Positions 20,730-29,684 of a stretch of 64,000 nucleotides of DNA are shown here, piece by piece. Source of the DNA: a bacterium (GTDB taxonomy: Bacteria > Hinthialibacterota > Hinthialibacteria > Hinthialibacterales > Hinthialibacteraceae); NCBI GenBank assembly GCA_963662285.2, contig CAXXMV010000002.1, forward strand, positions 1,344,001-1,408,000, read 5' to 3'. Below the pieces are notes generated by a model, which saw nothing but the letters and a program-made list of their open reading frames with translations, had not been told where the DNA came from and searched no databases. How positions within the stretch are numbered: position 1 is the first letter of the stretch; every line of letters begins with the position of its first letter. The translations under genes and the position numbers were made by a program.

Positions 20730-20759
20730 TTATAGATTATCGTTTTATAGATTATCGTT
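20730..20759. repeat. Tandem 15-bp direct repeat (TTATAGATTATCGTT x2)
   Basis: Read directly from the sequence. Confidence 0.7.
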
Positions 20760-20879
20760 CTAAAAACTGCTGGTTTTTAGGATTATGCAAAATTATTGTC
20801 AATTTTTGAACAGTAATCAAAAATGAGAATAATTTGTAATCTTAAAACACACAAATAAATAGGAAACAAACAATACAAT

Positions 20880-20907
20880 AAAGATTAATAGAAAGATTAA
20901 TAGAAAG
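20880..20907. repeat. Tandem 12-bp direct repeat (AAAGATTAATAG x2 plus partial copy)
   Basis: Read directly from the sequence. Confidence 0.65.
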
Positions 20908-21014
20908 TATCTTTATTTTAATAAACGTATATCTTACTGTAAATAATAAACTTACATTCAATCAATCCCCTTTCAGGCTAAATGATAAACCAAACGAACA
21001 AACACAATAAATAT

Positions 21015-21030
21015 TGGCATGCACATTGCT
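21015..21030 (+). promoter_or_regulatory. Putative sigma-54 (-24/-12) promoter
   Basis: TGGCATGCACATTGCT matches TGGCACG-N4-TTGCW with one mismatch and exact GG-N10-GC spacing, inside a 658-bp AT-rich intergenic region. Confidence 0.6.
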
Positions 21031-21367
21031 TCTTATATATATTATAATTAATATACAATCAATTGATTGTATCTATTTGAAAGCATTTAACTTATAAACG
21101 AATTATTGGAGAGGTTTGCATCAAACGTTCTTTTCTCGCTTCAAAAAAAACCAGAATAAGAGGAACTTTTTGAAGAAAAAACGTGACTATATAGCGGTAA
21201 GAGTATTTTTCAAAATAACGTTTTGATACACGATATTAAACGAACAAAATTTTGATAATCGTTCTTAATTGTATGAATTACCGTTTTAACTTACTTTTTT
21301 TGAGAATTGCTTTAAATGAACCTAATTTTGAGAACCACTTTAATACAATTCTTTTTGGAGAATTATC

Positions 21368-22033
21368 ATGAAAAATGACCGTCCCACACGCCTGCAAATC
21401 CTGTCTTTGTTAAAAAAACAAGGACAGATGACATCCAAACAGGTAGGAGACATAATTGGAGTAACCTCGATGGGCGCTCGACAACATCTAACGTCTATGG
21501 AGAAAGACGGATTGGTTTCATCTCAATTCGTTCGTCAAAAAGCTGGCCGCCCCGCTTTGTATTTCACTTTAACCTCTAAATCTGACACTATGTTCCCCCA
21601 GCGATATGGTTCATTAGCAATGGATATTCTAAAAGGTTTGGAAAAACTGGAAGGCCGGGATAAGATTGAAGAGATTTTATTTGAACGGCGGGAACATTTG
21701 CAAGAAATTATAAATACTGCAATTAACGAAAATGGTATGGCAAACGGTTCGTTTGAAGATAAAATTGAAAAACTGGCGCAGATACAAAACAACGATGGAT
21801 TCATGACCGAAGTCCAGCAAAAGGATGATGTATTTCTACTGGTGGAACACAACTGCCCCATCCATACGATTGCCAAAGAATATAATGAGATTTGCAGTCA
21901 CGAGTTGGAACTATTCAAAAAGGTTTTGAAAGTTCCTATCGAGCGCATCGAACATATTGCTAAAGGCGACCGCTCTTGTATATACAAGATTCTTGCAAAA
22001 GAAACTGGCAAAAGCTCTGAGTCAAAGAAATAG
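21368..22033 (+). CDS. SufR-like winged-HTH metalloregulator (probable Fe-S binding)
   Basis: N-terminal HTH (RQHLTSMEKDGLV, GRP), FPQRY, C-terminal HNCPI, CxxE and GDRSC ligand pattern. Confidence 0.85.
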   Translation: MKNDRPTRLQILSLLKKQGQMTSKQVGDIIGVTSMGARQHLTSMEKDGLVSSQFVRQKAGRPALYFTLTSKSDTMFPQRYGSLAMDILKGLEKLEGRDKIEEILFERREHLQEIINTAINENGMANGSFEDKIEKLAQIQNNDGFMTEVQQKDDVFLLVEHNCPIHTIAKEYNEICSHELELFKKVLKVPIERIEHIAKGDRSCIYKILAKETGKSSESKK

Positions 22034-22072
22034 AGCAATTCTCAATACAATTATTTATCATCATGTTTTGCC

Positions 22073-22104
22073 TTCAAAAAGCCCATTTTTTCGGGCTTTT
22101 TGAA
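22073..22104. terminator. Intrinsic terminator (bidirectional-type)
   Basis: TTCAAAAAGCCC-N8-GGGCTTTTTGAA palindrome. Confidence 0.7.
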
Positions 22105-22337
22105 AGAGAAAGATCAGCGTTTTTATACAAACCACCTCCGTGATCACAAACTCTTTGCCAACCATGCATTCACAGCAATAAATCTATTCAAAAATCAACT
22201 CAACCAGCCATTGCGCTAAAGGCGCTCATATCGTAATCTGTTATAGTGATAATTAAAATAATGAAGGCTCCAATGCACTTTATTATGATTTTCGCCCAAG
22301 ATTTATTTCGATTTTAAAAATTCGGGAGAATATTGCT

Positions 22338-23474
22338 ATGATCAATATAAAGAATAGTTATCTTTTCATAAGCGCCCTGATGGCCTTTAGCGTTGTTCTT
22401 AACTCATGCGCTGTTGGGGACGATAGTCCTATAAAATTCAAAAAACATACTATCAACGCCGATTCGCGCTTTGAAGCAGCCGGTATTGGAGATATTGATG
22501 GCGATGGTAAATCTGACATCATGTGCGGCGGCTTCTGGTATCAGGCCCCCGATTGGAAAAAGCATCGCGTCTGCGACATCAAAGAACAAAGCGAGTATTT
22601 CGACGATTTCGCCAACCTGCTACAGGATGTTGACGGAGACGGCGATCTTGATTCAGTTTCAGTTACCTATTTCGGAAAAGAAGCCCTGTGGCGCGAGAAT
22701 CCCGGCAAGACAGGCGTCGACTGGACAAATCATTCCATCGACCAACCAGGCAATTCCGAGACCGGCTTCTTCTTCGACATGAACGGTGACGGCGTTATGG
22801 ATATTATCCCCAACGTCCAGCAGGAATCAGTCTGGTATGAAAAAGTCAAAGGCAAACCAGACTGGATCAAACATGTAATTGGCAAAGAAGGCGGACATGG
22901 CTTCGGCGTGGGCGACGTCAATAACGACGGTATAACAGATTTTCTCGTCTCCAAAGGATGGTATGAAGTATCAAAATCCGGCGCCGAACTCACATACCAA
23001 TGGCATCCGGAGTGGAACCTGGACCGCCCTGGCGTTCCCATGCTGGTGCATGACGTGAACGGCGACGGATTAAACGACGTCATCTATGGCGCCGGGCACG
23101 GCTATGGCGTTTTTTGGCTCGAACAACAACAGCAAGACGGCAAGCGCTCATGGAAAGAACACTTGATTGATAAAACATGGTCGCAACCCCACGCCATGTT
23201 CCTGCTTGATCTCAATAACGACGGCACTCTGGAACTGTTGACCGGCAAACGGCATCGCGCTCACAACGGCAATGATCCCGGCGGCAAAGAACCTAATATC
23301 GTTTGCTATTACACCTTGCATAAAGATGGCCAATGGACCAAACATATCATTGATCAAAACACTAAAACAGGATTTGGTTTAATGCCCGACATCAAAGATA
23401 TTGACGGCGATGGAGACCTGGATATTCTCTGTCCCGGTAAAAGCGGTCTTTTTCTTTTGGAACAAATCCAGTAA
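22338..23474 (+). CDS. FG-GAP/VCBS-repeat beta-propeller protein, probable lipoprotein
   Basis: Signal peptide ending LNSC; repeated DxDGDGxxD Ca-binding motifs. Confidence 0.85.
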   Translation: MINIKNSYLFISALMAFSVVLNSCAVGDDSPIKFKKHTINADSRFEAAGIGDIDGDGKSDIMCGGFWYQAPDWKKHRVCDIKEQSEYFDDFANLLQDVDGDGDLDSVSVTYFGKEALWRENPGKTGVDWTNHSIDQPGNSETGFFFDMNGDGVMDIIPNVQQESVWYEKVKGKPDWIKHVIGKEGGHGFGVGDVNNDGITDFLVSKGWYEVSKSGAELTYQWHPEWNLDRPGVPMLVHDVNGDGLNDVIYGAGHGYGVFWLEQQQQDGKRSWKEHLIDKTWSQPHAMFLLDLNNDGTLELLTGKRHRAHNGNDPGGKEPNIVCYYTLHKDGQWTKHIIDQNTKTGFGLMPDIKDIDGDGDLDILCPGKSGLFLLEQIQ

Positions 23475-23498
23475 TGTTAAATATCTTTGGTTTATCAA

Positions 23499-23534
23499 GT
23501 CCCCTCTCCCACAGGGAGAGGGTTAGGGTGAGGG
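23499..23534. repeat. REP-like palindrome, family B
   Basis: Near-identical to 13301-13336. Confidence 0.75.
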
Positions 23535-23579
23535 GTAAACTAAAACCACTACCCGGCATTCTTCAAATAAGGTAGCATA

Positions 23580-24347
23580 ATGAAAGAACTGTTAGACTTT
23601 GCCATTCAAACAGCGGAACAAGCAGGAAAAATAACCCTTAAATATTTCCAAAGCGATATTGATATCGAAGTCAAACCGGACAACTCTCCGGTTACCGCGG
23701 CTGATCGTGAAGCTGAAGATTTTATCCGGCAGGAAATAGAAAAACGTTTCCCAGATGATGGAATCCTGGGTGAGGAGTTTGGCGAGAAAGAAGGAACATC
23801 CGGCTTCCGCTGGATGCTCGATCCGATTGACGGCACCAAAAGTTTCATTCGCGGCGTTCCACTTTATGGAACCATGATCGGTCTGGAAAAAGATGGTGAA
23901 CCGCTAATCGGCGTGGTTCGCTTTCCACCCCTCAAACAGACCATTTCAGCATTAAAGGGCAATGGCTGCTACTTAAACCTTCAAAAATGCGCCGTCTCCA
24001 AAACAGAGAAACTGGCCAACGCGACTCTAACCATGACGTCGTTTGGCGATCTGGCAAGCGATTGGGGCGACAAGGTTCTGCTGCGTTTGATTCGCAAAAC
24101 CTCGCTGCACCGCACTTGGGGCGATTGCTATGGACACATGATGGTGGCCAGCGGTCAAGCCGATATATGCATTGACACCATAATTCATTTATGGGACGTT
24201 ACTCCACTGATCCCCATCATTCAGGAAGCGGGGGGCGTTATCACCAACCTTAATGGCGACACCTCAATCAAAATATCAAACGCTATCGCCACTAATGGCA
24301 TACTGCACGATGAAATACTTGAAATAATAATGTCATCAAAAGAATAA
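23580..24347 (+). CDS. hisN: Inositol monophosphatase-family histidinol-phosphate phosphatase
   Basis: DNSPVTAADREAE, GEEFG, WMLDPIDGTKSF, WGDCYG, WD. Confidence 0.8.
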   Translation: MKELLDFAIQTAEQAGKITLKYFQSDIDIEVKPDNSPVTAADREAEDFIRQEIEKRFPDDGILGEEFGEKEGTSGFRWMLDPIDGTKSFIRGVPLYGTMIGLEKDGEPLIGVVRFPPLKQTISALKGNGCYLNLQKCAVSKTEKLANATLTMTSFGDLASDWGDKVLLRLIRKTSLHRTWGDCYGHMMVASGQADICIDTIIHLWDVTPLIPIIQEAGGVITNLNGDTSIKISNAIATNGILHDEILEIIMSSKE

Positions 24348-24515
24348 TTTTCGCCAGGGTAGCGGGATTCTCACAATCAGTATCCTACATTTTTTTGGGA
24401 TAATTGCTCTAAAGAGAGGTTTACGTTATATAATACCAAGAACTCTGATTATCAATAATTGTATTTCAAAAACAATTTGATAGAATCCGCTTCTCTTTGC
24501 TCAATCCTGAGGAAT

Positions 24516-24547
24516 AAAAAAAGCCCAGTCAATTATGACTGGGCTTT
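24516..24547 (-). terminator. Intrinsic terminator between convergent genes
   Basis: AAAGCCCAGTC-AATTAT-GACTGGGCTTT with an A7 run (U-tract on the minus strand). Confidence 0.75.
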
Positions 24548-24572
24548 CGTAAAAGATTGATTTCAGCAACCT

Positions 24573-25118
24573 TTACTCTAAAGAGACGTTACTACCATGT
24601 TTTATAGTATTTCCATCCGATAATGTAAATTGATAGTTATATATTTTAATTCCATCATCAGATATAGATTCACCGAGAAATTCGTAATTCTTTTCTGCAA
24701 TGAGTTTCTGAATTTCCTGATAAACAGCATCGGCTTGTTCTTGAGTCGCGTTGGGATCATCCGAACAATAGTATGAGCACTTTACTTTCGTCTTGATTGT
24801 TTGTTTGATCTTCCCATCCGGGAGAGTTTGAACATTATCTTCCAGTACCTCTGTTGTGAAGTCGCCTGTTTGGAAGATAACAAATGGTCTGATTTTTGAT
24901 ATGCCCGCCCAGGCGCCTGCCCCAAGAACCAGAGCGAGACAAATACCTAATGTCAAAGTTACTCTTTTACTTAGAAATGTTCTAATAGTCATAATCGGTT
25001 TTTCCTTTCGCATTTCACGAATTAGTTGGTTTTTCAAACGTTGCCGATGACCGCTTTCGACGACATGCGGCGCCATAGTGTTTCGGAGTAGGTCTTCGAC
25101 TTCTCGGTTGTGAGTCAT
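24573..25118 (-). CDS. Single-TM protein, putative anti-sigma factor or target of the adjacent ECF sigma
   Basis: Short cytoplasmic N-terminal helix (HRQRLKNQL), one TM, extracytoplasmic C-terminus; directly downstream of the ECF sigma. Confidence 0.65.
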   Translation of the reverse strand: MTHNREVEDLLRNTMAPHVVESGHRQRLKNQLIREMRKEKPIMTIRTFLSKRVTLTLGICLALVLGAGAWAGISKIRPFVIFQTGDFTTEVLEDNVQTLPDGKIKQTIKTKVKCSYYCSDDPNATQEQADAVYQEIQKLIAEKNYEFLGESISDDGIKIYNYQFTLSDGNTIKHGSNVSLE

Positions 25119-25176
25119 GATATTAAATCTTTCTTAGTACCAATTAAGGCTTTGTGGAGTGGCCGCTTCCATATAG

Positions 25177-25205
25177 TTAAATACCGATTGATAACAAAAG
25201 TTGCA
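25177..25205 (-). promoter_or_regulatory. Putative ECF promoter TGCAAC-N17-ATTTAA (copy 2)
   Basis: Same bipartite motif and spacing as 25892-25920; lies upstream of the single-TM gene. Confidence 0.55.
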
Positions 25206-25209
25206 TTAT

Positions 25210-25854
25210 TTATGCATTTTTTTTATCCATGAGTTTTCGTAATAATTTCAGACCACGATGGAGCAATGACTTCACAGTTCCAATTCGCTTGTCTAGTACA
25301 TTGGCTATATCCTGATAGGATAGATTTTCGAAATAGCGAAGAGTAATCACGGATTGATAACGGTCGGGTAGTTGCCAAAGCAAAGTCAACAGCCGAATGT
25401 AAGTTTCCATTTTTTGTTTCTTGCATTCCTGCGCTTCTATGTCCAACTCAGTGAAATCAATCTGCTCTATCTCTTTTTCCCAATTAATGGAGCGGTAACC
25501 CTTTTCCATTGTTTGGCGACGTTTCGCTTTGCGAAAGTAATTACGGATTTCGTTAGAAGCAATCCTGTATAACCAGGCGCGAAAAGGAGCTTTATGTTTG
25601 TATCGGGGCAGGGCTTTCAAAGCATTAAAAAAAGTGTTTGAAGTCAGGTCTTCTGATAGGGAGCGATCAAGAGTACGGTGGAAAATATAGCCTAAAATCA
25701 CCGAATAGTGGAGTTCATATAACTGCCCGAATGCTTCAGGGTTGGTTTTGGCCTCTTCAATAATATTAGTTTCCGTGCATGTAAAGGTTGGATGATCAAT
25801 CTTAAAAAGGATTTCTTCCTCAAATTTTTGCTGAACATTGGATATAACGGGCAT
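25210..25854 (-). CDS. ECF (sigma-70 group 4) RNA polymerase sigma factor
   Basis: Region 2 (EDLTSNTF, FRAWLYRIASN) and region 4 (LRYFENLSYQDIA, GTVKSLLHRG). Confidence 0.92.
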   Translation of the reverse strand: MPVISNVQQKFEEEILFKIDHPTFTCTETNIIEEAKTNPEAFGQLYELHYSVILGYIFHRTLDRSLSEDLTSNTFFNALKALPRYKHKAPFRAWLYRIASNEIRNYFRKAKRRQTMEKGYRSINWEKEIEQIDFTELDIEAQECKKQKMETYIRLLTLLWQLPDRYQSVITLRYFENLSYQDIANVLDKRIGTVKSLLHRGLKLLRKLMDKKNA

Positions 25855-25891
25855 TGTATATTCCTGATGATATAGAATAGTCCTCTATTAT

Positions 25892-25920
25892 TTAAATGCC
25901 AGATTAGGGAATATGTTGCA
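25892..25920 (-). promoter_or_regulatory. Putative autoregulatory ECF promoter TGCAAC-N17-ATTTAA (copy 1)
   Basis: AAC-containing -35 typical of ECF promoters; repeated with identical spacing upstream of the next gene. Confidence 0.55.
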
Positions 25921-26113
25921 TTTTATTTTTTATACTGATGATTCCATGCAATTCAGGAAGGGGTAATTCTTGATCTTTTCTGATCTCTTTAGGATATAAG
26001 TCTGTGGGTTTTAGAATATGAACTTTTGGGGTAGATCATTGTTTATTTTGAACATGCTCCATAATGTAGAAAGAAGGATGGGGTAAAGCGAAAGCGCGTC
26101 CTATCGAGCAACT

Positions 26114-26722
26114 TCATACAGTCCACTGGCAGAAATTCTTTAGCATACGCAGCCCTACCGGGCCGCTTTTTTCGAGGTGAAATTGGGTGGCGATCAGGTT
26201 GTCGCGCGCTACTGCGCTGGTAAAGCGGATGCCGTATTCCGTCTCGCCAATGGTGACTGTAGGGTCGCTGGGCGCGCTGTAGAAGGAATTTACGAAATAG
26301 AAATCTGAATTATCAGGTACGCCTTCAAACACGGGATGCGAGCGCACCTGCTTTACCTGGTTCCAACCGATTTGGGGGATTTTAAGTTCTGATGCGGGGA
26401 AGCGTTTCACTTCTCCCGGCAGGATGCCCAGGCATTGCGCGTCGTCTTCTTCACTTTTATCAAACAGTATCTGAATGCCAATGCAGATCGCCAGAAAGGG
26501 CTTTCCCTTTTCCAAGACCTGCTGTTTTACAATTTCCGTTAAACCGGTTTGGTTTAGAACATCCATCGACGCCCCGGCCGCGCCGACTCCGGGAAAGATG
26601 ATCCGGTCGGCCTTATCAATGGCTTCGGGGTTTCGGGTGATCTCGCCATCGAAGCCCAGGTGATTAACCGCTCGCAATACGCTGGTCAGGTTTCCGCCTT
26701 CATAATCGATGATTGCAATCAT
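26114..26722 (-). CDS. hisH: Imidazole glycerol phosphate synthase glutaminase subunit
   Basis: IIDYEGGNLTSV, FPGVG, AICIGIQ (catalytic Cys), PQIGWN, QFHLEKS. Confidence 0.93.
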   Translation of the reverse strand: MIAIIDYEGGNLTSVLRAVNHLGFDGEITRNPEAIDKADRIIFPGVGAAGASMDVLNQTGLTEIVKQQVLEKGKPFLAICIGIQILFDKSEEDDAQCLGILPGEVKRFPASELKIPQIGWNQVKQVRSHPVFEGVPDNSDFYFVNSFYSAPSDPTVTIGETEYGIRFTSAVARDNLIATQFHLEKSGPVGLRMLKNFCQWTV

Positions 26723-26750
26723 TATCCAGTATCCCGGTCAGTCTGTTATA

Positions 26751-27893
26751 TTAACGCAATTTAACGGTTTTCATGACCTGGCGCAGGGTCTCAAGGTTCT
26801 TTTGCAGTTCAGGATTCTTGAAATGCTCCCGAACCGGCGCCAGTAGATCGGCGATGCTTTGGGCGAGAGCTGTTTTAAGGTCCATGGGGTGAAGTTGCTT
26901 CTCACCGAAACAGGTGGTCAGTTCTTCCAGGGTATTAAAGGTCAAATCGCCGCCCCATTCTTCTTTACGCTTGATCTCCAGCGGGCCGCGTCCTAACGCA
27001 TAGACCAGATGCTGCGCCCAATTCAAGACTGGATTAAAGTCGGTCTCGCCTTCAGGGCAGAATGCTTTTTTCATTTTTTTGGCGATGACGTCCGGTTCGT
27101 CGGTAATGAAGACGGCGGTTTCGGGTTTCGACTTGCTCATCTTCATGGCCATCCAGACTTCCTGCATACGGTCGGGATCGATAGGCCACATAGGCGGTTT
27201 GCCCAAACCGATCAAAAGATGGTGATGCACCGCCATAGGCGTAAGCTGCTCGCCGGATTCGGACATAAGCGGCATGGTCTTCATCTGGTTGGCTACATCC
27301 AGCGCTACTACATGGGCTTTTCGCTGATCGGTGCCCGCCTGCGCCAGATTGACGCCCAGCGCGTAGATATCCGCCACCTGCATGGGTGGGTAAACCAATT
27401 TGGCGAAATCAACCGACTCGCCTTCAGCGCGTCCCAGAATGGTGATGGAGCGCATGATGCGTTTTAGGGTGGTGTTTTTACATACTTCTATAAAAGCAGT
27501 CCAGTATTCAGGACGTTTCTGGTATAGATCAGAACCCAGGACGACATTCAATTTATCCGGGTCGCCGCCAACCGCCTTGAGGCAGCTTTTCAGCCCTTCG
27601 GCGAAATAGCCATAGGCGAATGAACGGATCTGTTCGATGTCGCCGCCCAGTTTGTCGTTGATCCAACTGTGCCAGTCGGCCAGAAAGAGAGTACATTCCA
27701 CTCCGGCTTTCTGAAAATCAGCCACTTTAGCCATGCATTGGATTCCGGTGCCAAGATGAATCTCGCCGGATATTTCAAATCCAATGTAATGGCGCAACGG
27801 GATATCTTTTTCCAGATACTCGCGTAAACGGCTTTCGGTTAGTACTTCCTGGGTATTGGCTTTGATAAGGTCGAATCGGTCGTTTATATTCAT
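26751..27893 (-). CDS. tyrS: Tyrosyl-tRNA synthetase, archaeal/eukaryote type
   Basis: YIGFEISGEIHLG (HIGH), FLADWHSWINDK, YPPMQVADI, GTDQRKAH, KMSKS, LHPMDLK; 380 aa with no bacterial C-terminal S4-like domain. Confidence 0.92.
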   Translation of the reverse strand: MNINDRFDLIKANTQEVLTESRLREYLEKDIPLRHYIGFEISGEIHLGTGIQCMAKVADFQKAGVECTLFLADWHSWINDKLGGDIEQIRSFAYGYFAEGLKSCLKAVGGDPDKLNVVLGSDLYQKRPEYWTAFIEVCKNTTLKRIMRSITILGRAEGESVDFAKLVYPPMQVADIYALGVNLAQAGTDQRKAHVVALDVANQMKTMPLMSESGEQLTPMAVHHHLLIGLGKPPMWPIDPDRMQEVWMAMKMSKSKPETAVFITDEPDVIAKKMKKAFCPEGETDFNPVLNWAQHLVYALGRGPLEIKRKEEWGGDLTFNTLEELTTCFGEKQLHPMDLKTALAQSIADLLAPVREHFKNPELQKNLETLRQVMKTVKLR

Positions 27894-27925
27894 GGGGTTT
27901 AGAGTCCGGGGTAGAAAAGAAGAAA

Positions 27926-28008
27926 TCCAGGGGGTTGGGTTCGAACCAACGAAGGCTTGCGCCAGCGGGTTTACAGCCCGCCCCCTTTAGCCACTCGGGC
28001 ACCCCTGG
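27926..28008 (-). tRNA. tRNA-Tyr(GUA) with C1:G72, A73 and long variable arm; CCA not encoded
   Basis: Manual fold: acceptor CCAGGGG/CCCCTGG plus A; D-arm with AGTGG; anticodon arm GCGGG-CTGTAAA-CCCGC; V-arm GGC-GCAA-GCC; T-arm GTTGG-TTCGAAC-CCAAC. Confidence 0.97.
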
Positions 28009-28085
28009 AAAGAATTCTTACTTTGTTATGAGGATTATAATTTTCTTCCGTTAGCGCAGAAATTCAAGGGGTGGAAACCCAGAAA

Positions 28086-29684
28086 TCAAAGAAAATTCGG
28101 CCATTCAGAAATTTTTATATGATTTCTTAAGAGTTGCAACAAAAGATAAAGCCCTGAAAATACAATAGATTGATATCCGGTATAGCAAATCGCCGTTTTC
28201 GGAGTTGCGCGTTTAGGAATAATCTGCCAAAAAACCAGTAAAATTGGAATGGTTAATCCGGAGAATATATCCCAATCAGCCGGAAAAGCCCGGTCGGGAT
28301 GCCACAATACGGTATAAATGAAATAAAATCCAGCCAACAATATTGTCCAAAACAAGAATGGCGTCCATGAGCATTTTATGCATTGACCGCTAAAAACGAT
28401 GCAAATCAAAATAGCCGCGCATGGCCCCAGATAAAAATATTCATTTAACATAGTCAGGTAGTAATCAAATGAAATAAAATCGCTGGCCTGGCGAAACATA
28501 GCCGCGTCTGAACCGACGTTCATAACCTGATCGCTCCAGAAATGGTTCCATAGCGCCATGAAATCGCCGTGGTATCCATAGAACAGCACGAATGCCCAGA
28601 ATGCCGCTGTGAAAATGCAGAAAGCGGCCAGCATGGTTGATGCATCCCCTAGTAGGTTTTTTGTGGTAATATTGGCGATATTTGTATAGAAATTTGTAGA
28701 ATCAGTTTCTTTTACATGAAGATATTTTATAAGGGGCAGCATCAAAAATGCGGGCAGCCACCAGCCCGCTGATAGATGCAGGCAAAACAGGCCGCCGAAT
28801 ATGATGCCCACCGACCAAGACGGCCACTCCTGGCGTAGATACCGTATTACACTATAGAGAAATAAGGCCAAACCAGTTTGCAGTAAAGCGTAAATTTCCA
28901 CATTGCCGGTGAAAACCTGGGTATAACCGCAGCAGGATATCAGCGATGCCAGCGCCAGTCCGCGATATGGTTTATCGATGGCGAATTCGATTACTCTAAT
29001 CATCAACCAGGTTGCTGCAAAACCGCAGATGATGGTCAATAGCGTAATGCTGACATAGGGCGCCAAATGAAATGCTTTAATCCCGAAGAGAACATTTAAG
29101 CGAAATATGAAGGTTCCCAATGGCTCGCGTAGATAATTCACCCAGTTTTTGTTGATCAAACTATGCTTAAGCCAATCAAAGCCGTCGGGCGAAAGGTTCT
29201 GATTGCGTAGTAACCACATCAACACGCCCACAACCGCGCAGGTCAGCCAGACTTTCCCGCCGAAATAGCCGCGTTCCAGTAAGAAATTATATGCGTTATT
29301 CCAGCCGTTAATGATTATAGGGTATATCTGTGGATGAATCAGCAGCAGGCAGGATTGATACCATACAATCCGAACTACAACAGGATTATAGCGGGGAAGG
29401 GCGAAGGCCCAGAAATCCCTGGTCATCTCGTTAATCATACAGAAGCCGCACAAAATGCTGATTAAGATCGATGGAATATAGATCAAGCGTGATTGATATT
29501 GTGCAAATGATTCAGACTGACGATGTAAAGTAAGCGCGGCCAGAATGAGCCAGCAGGGATAGACCAGCGGCAGGGTGGCGCCCTTTTGCAGGAAGCCGGA
29601 TGGGATCAGGGCGCATAGCTGAACCGCTAGACATAGCAAATGAATGAACAGGTCGGTTCTCAGCGTGTTGTTGATTTGCTTCAT
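28086..29684 (-). CDS. Polytopic membrane protein, possibly a GT-C-fold glycosyltransferase
   Basis: More than 12 hydrophobic segments with loop motifs (SPDG, REPLG, GNVEIY); start overlaps the fmt stop; GT-C assignment is inference. Confidence 0.6.
   Translation of the reverse strand: MKQINNTLRTDLFIHLLCLAVQLCALIPSGFLQKGATLPLVYPCWLILAALTLHRQSESFAQYQSRLIYIPSILISILCGFCMINEMTRDFWAFALPRYNPVVVRIVWYQSCLLLIHPQIYPIIINGWNNAYNFLLERGYFGGKVWLTCAVVGVLMWLLRNQNLSPDGFDWLKHSLINKNWVNYLREPLGTFIFRLNVLFGIKAFHLAPYVSITLLTIICGFAATWLMIRVIEFAIDKPYRGLALASLISCCGYTQVFTGNVEIYALLQTGLALFLYSVIRYLRQEWPSWSVGIIFGGLFCLHLSAGWWLPAFLMLPLIKYLHVKETDSTNFYTNIANITTKNLLGDASTMLAAFCIFTAAFWAFVLFYGYHGDFMALWNHFWSDQVMNVGSDAAMFRQASDFISFDYYLTMLNEYFYLGPCAAILICIVFSGQCIKCSWTPFLFWTILLAGFYFIYTVLWHPDRAFPADWDIFSGLTIPILLVFWQIIPKRATPKTAICYTGYQSIVFSGLYLLLQLLRNHIKISEWPNFL

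Noticed and set aside
20730-20907. CRISPR-like repeats
   Set aside because: Only two-unit tandem repeats without spacers; no cas genes.
27775-28002. 75-aa minus-strand ORF (MPEWLKGAGCKP...)
   Set aside because: It is a translation of the tRNA-Tyr gene plus an off-frame part of tyrS.
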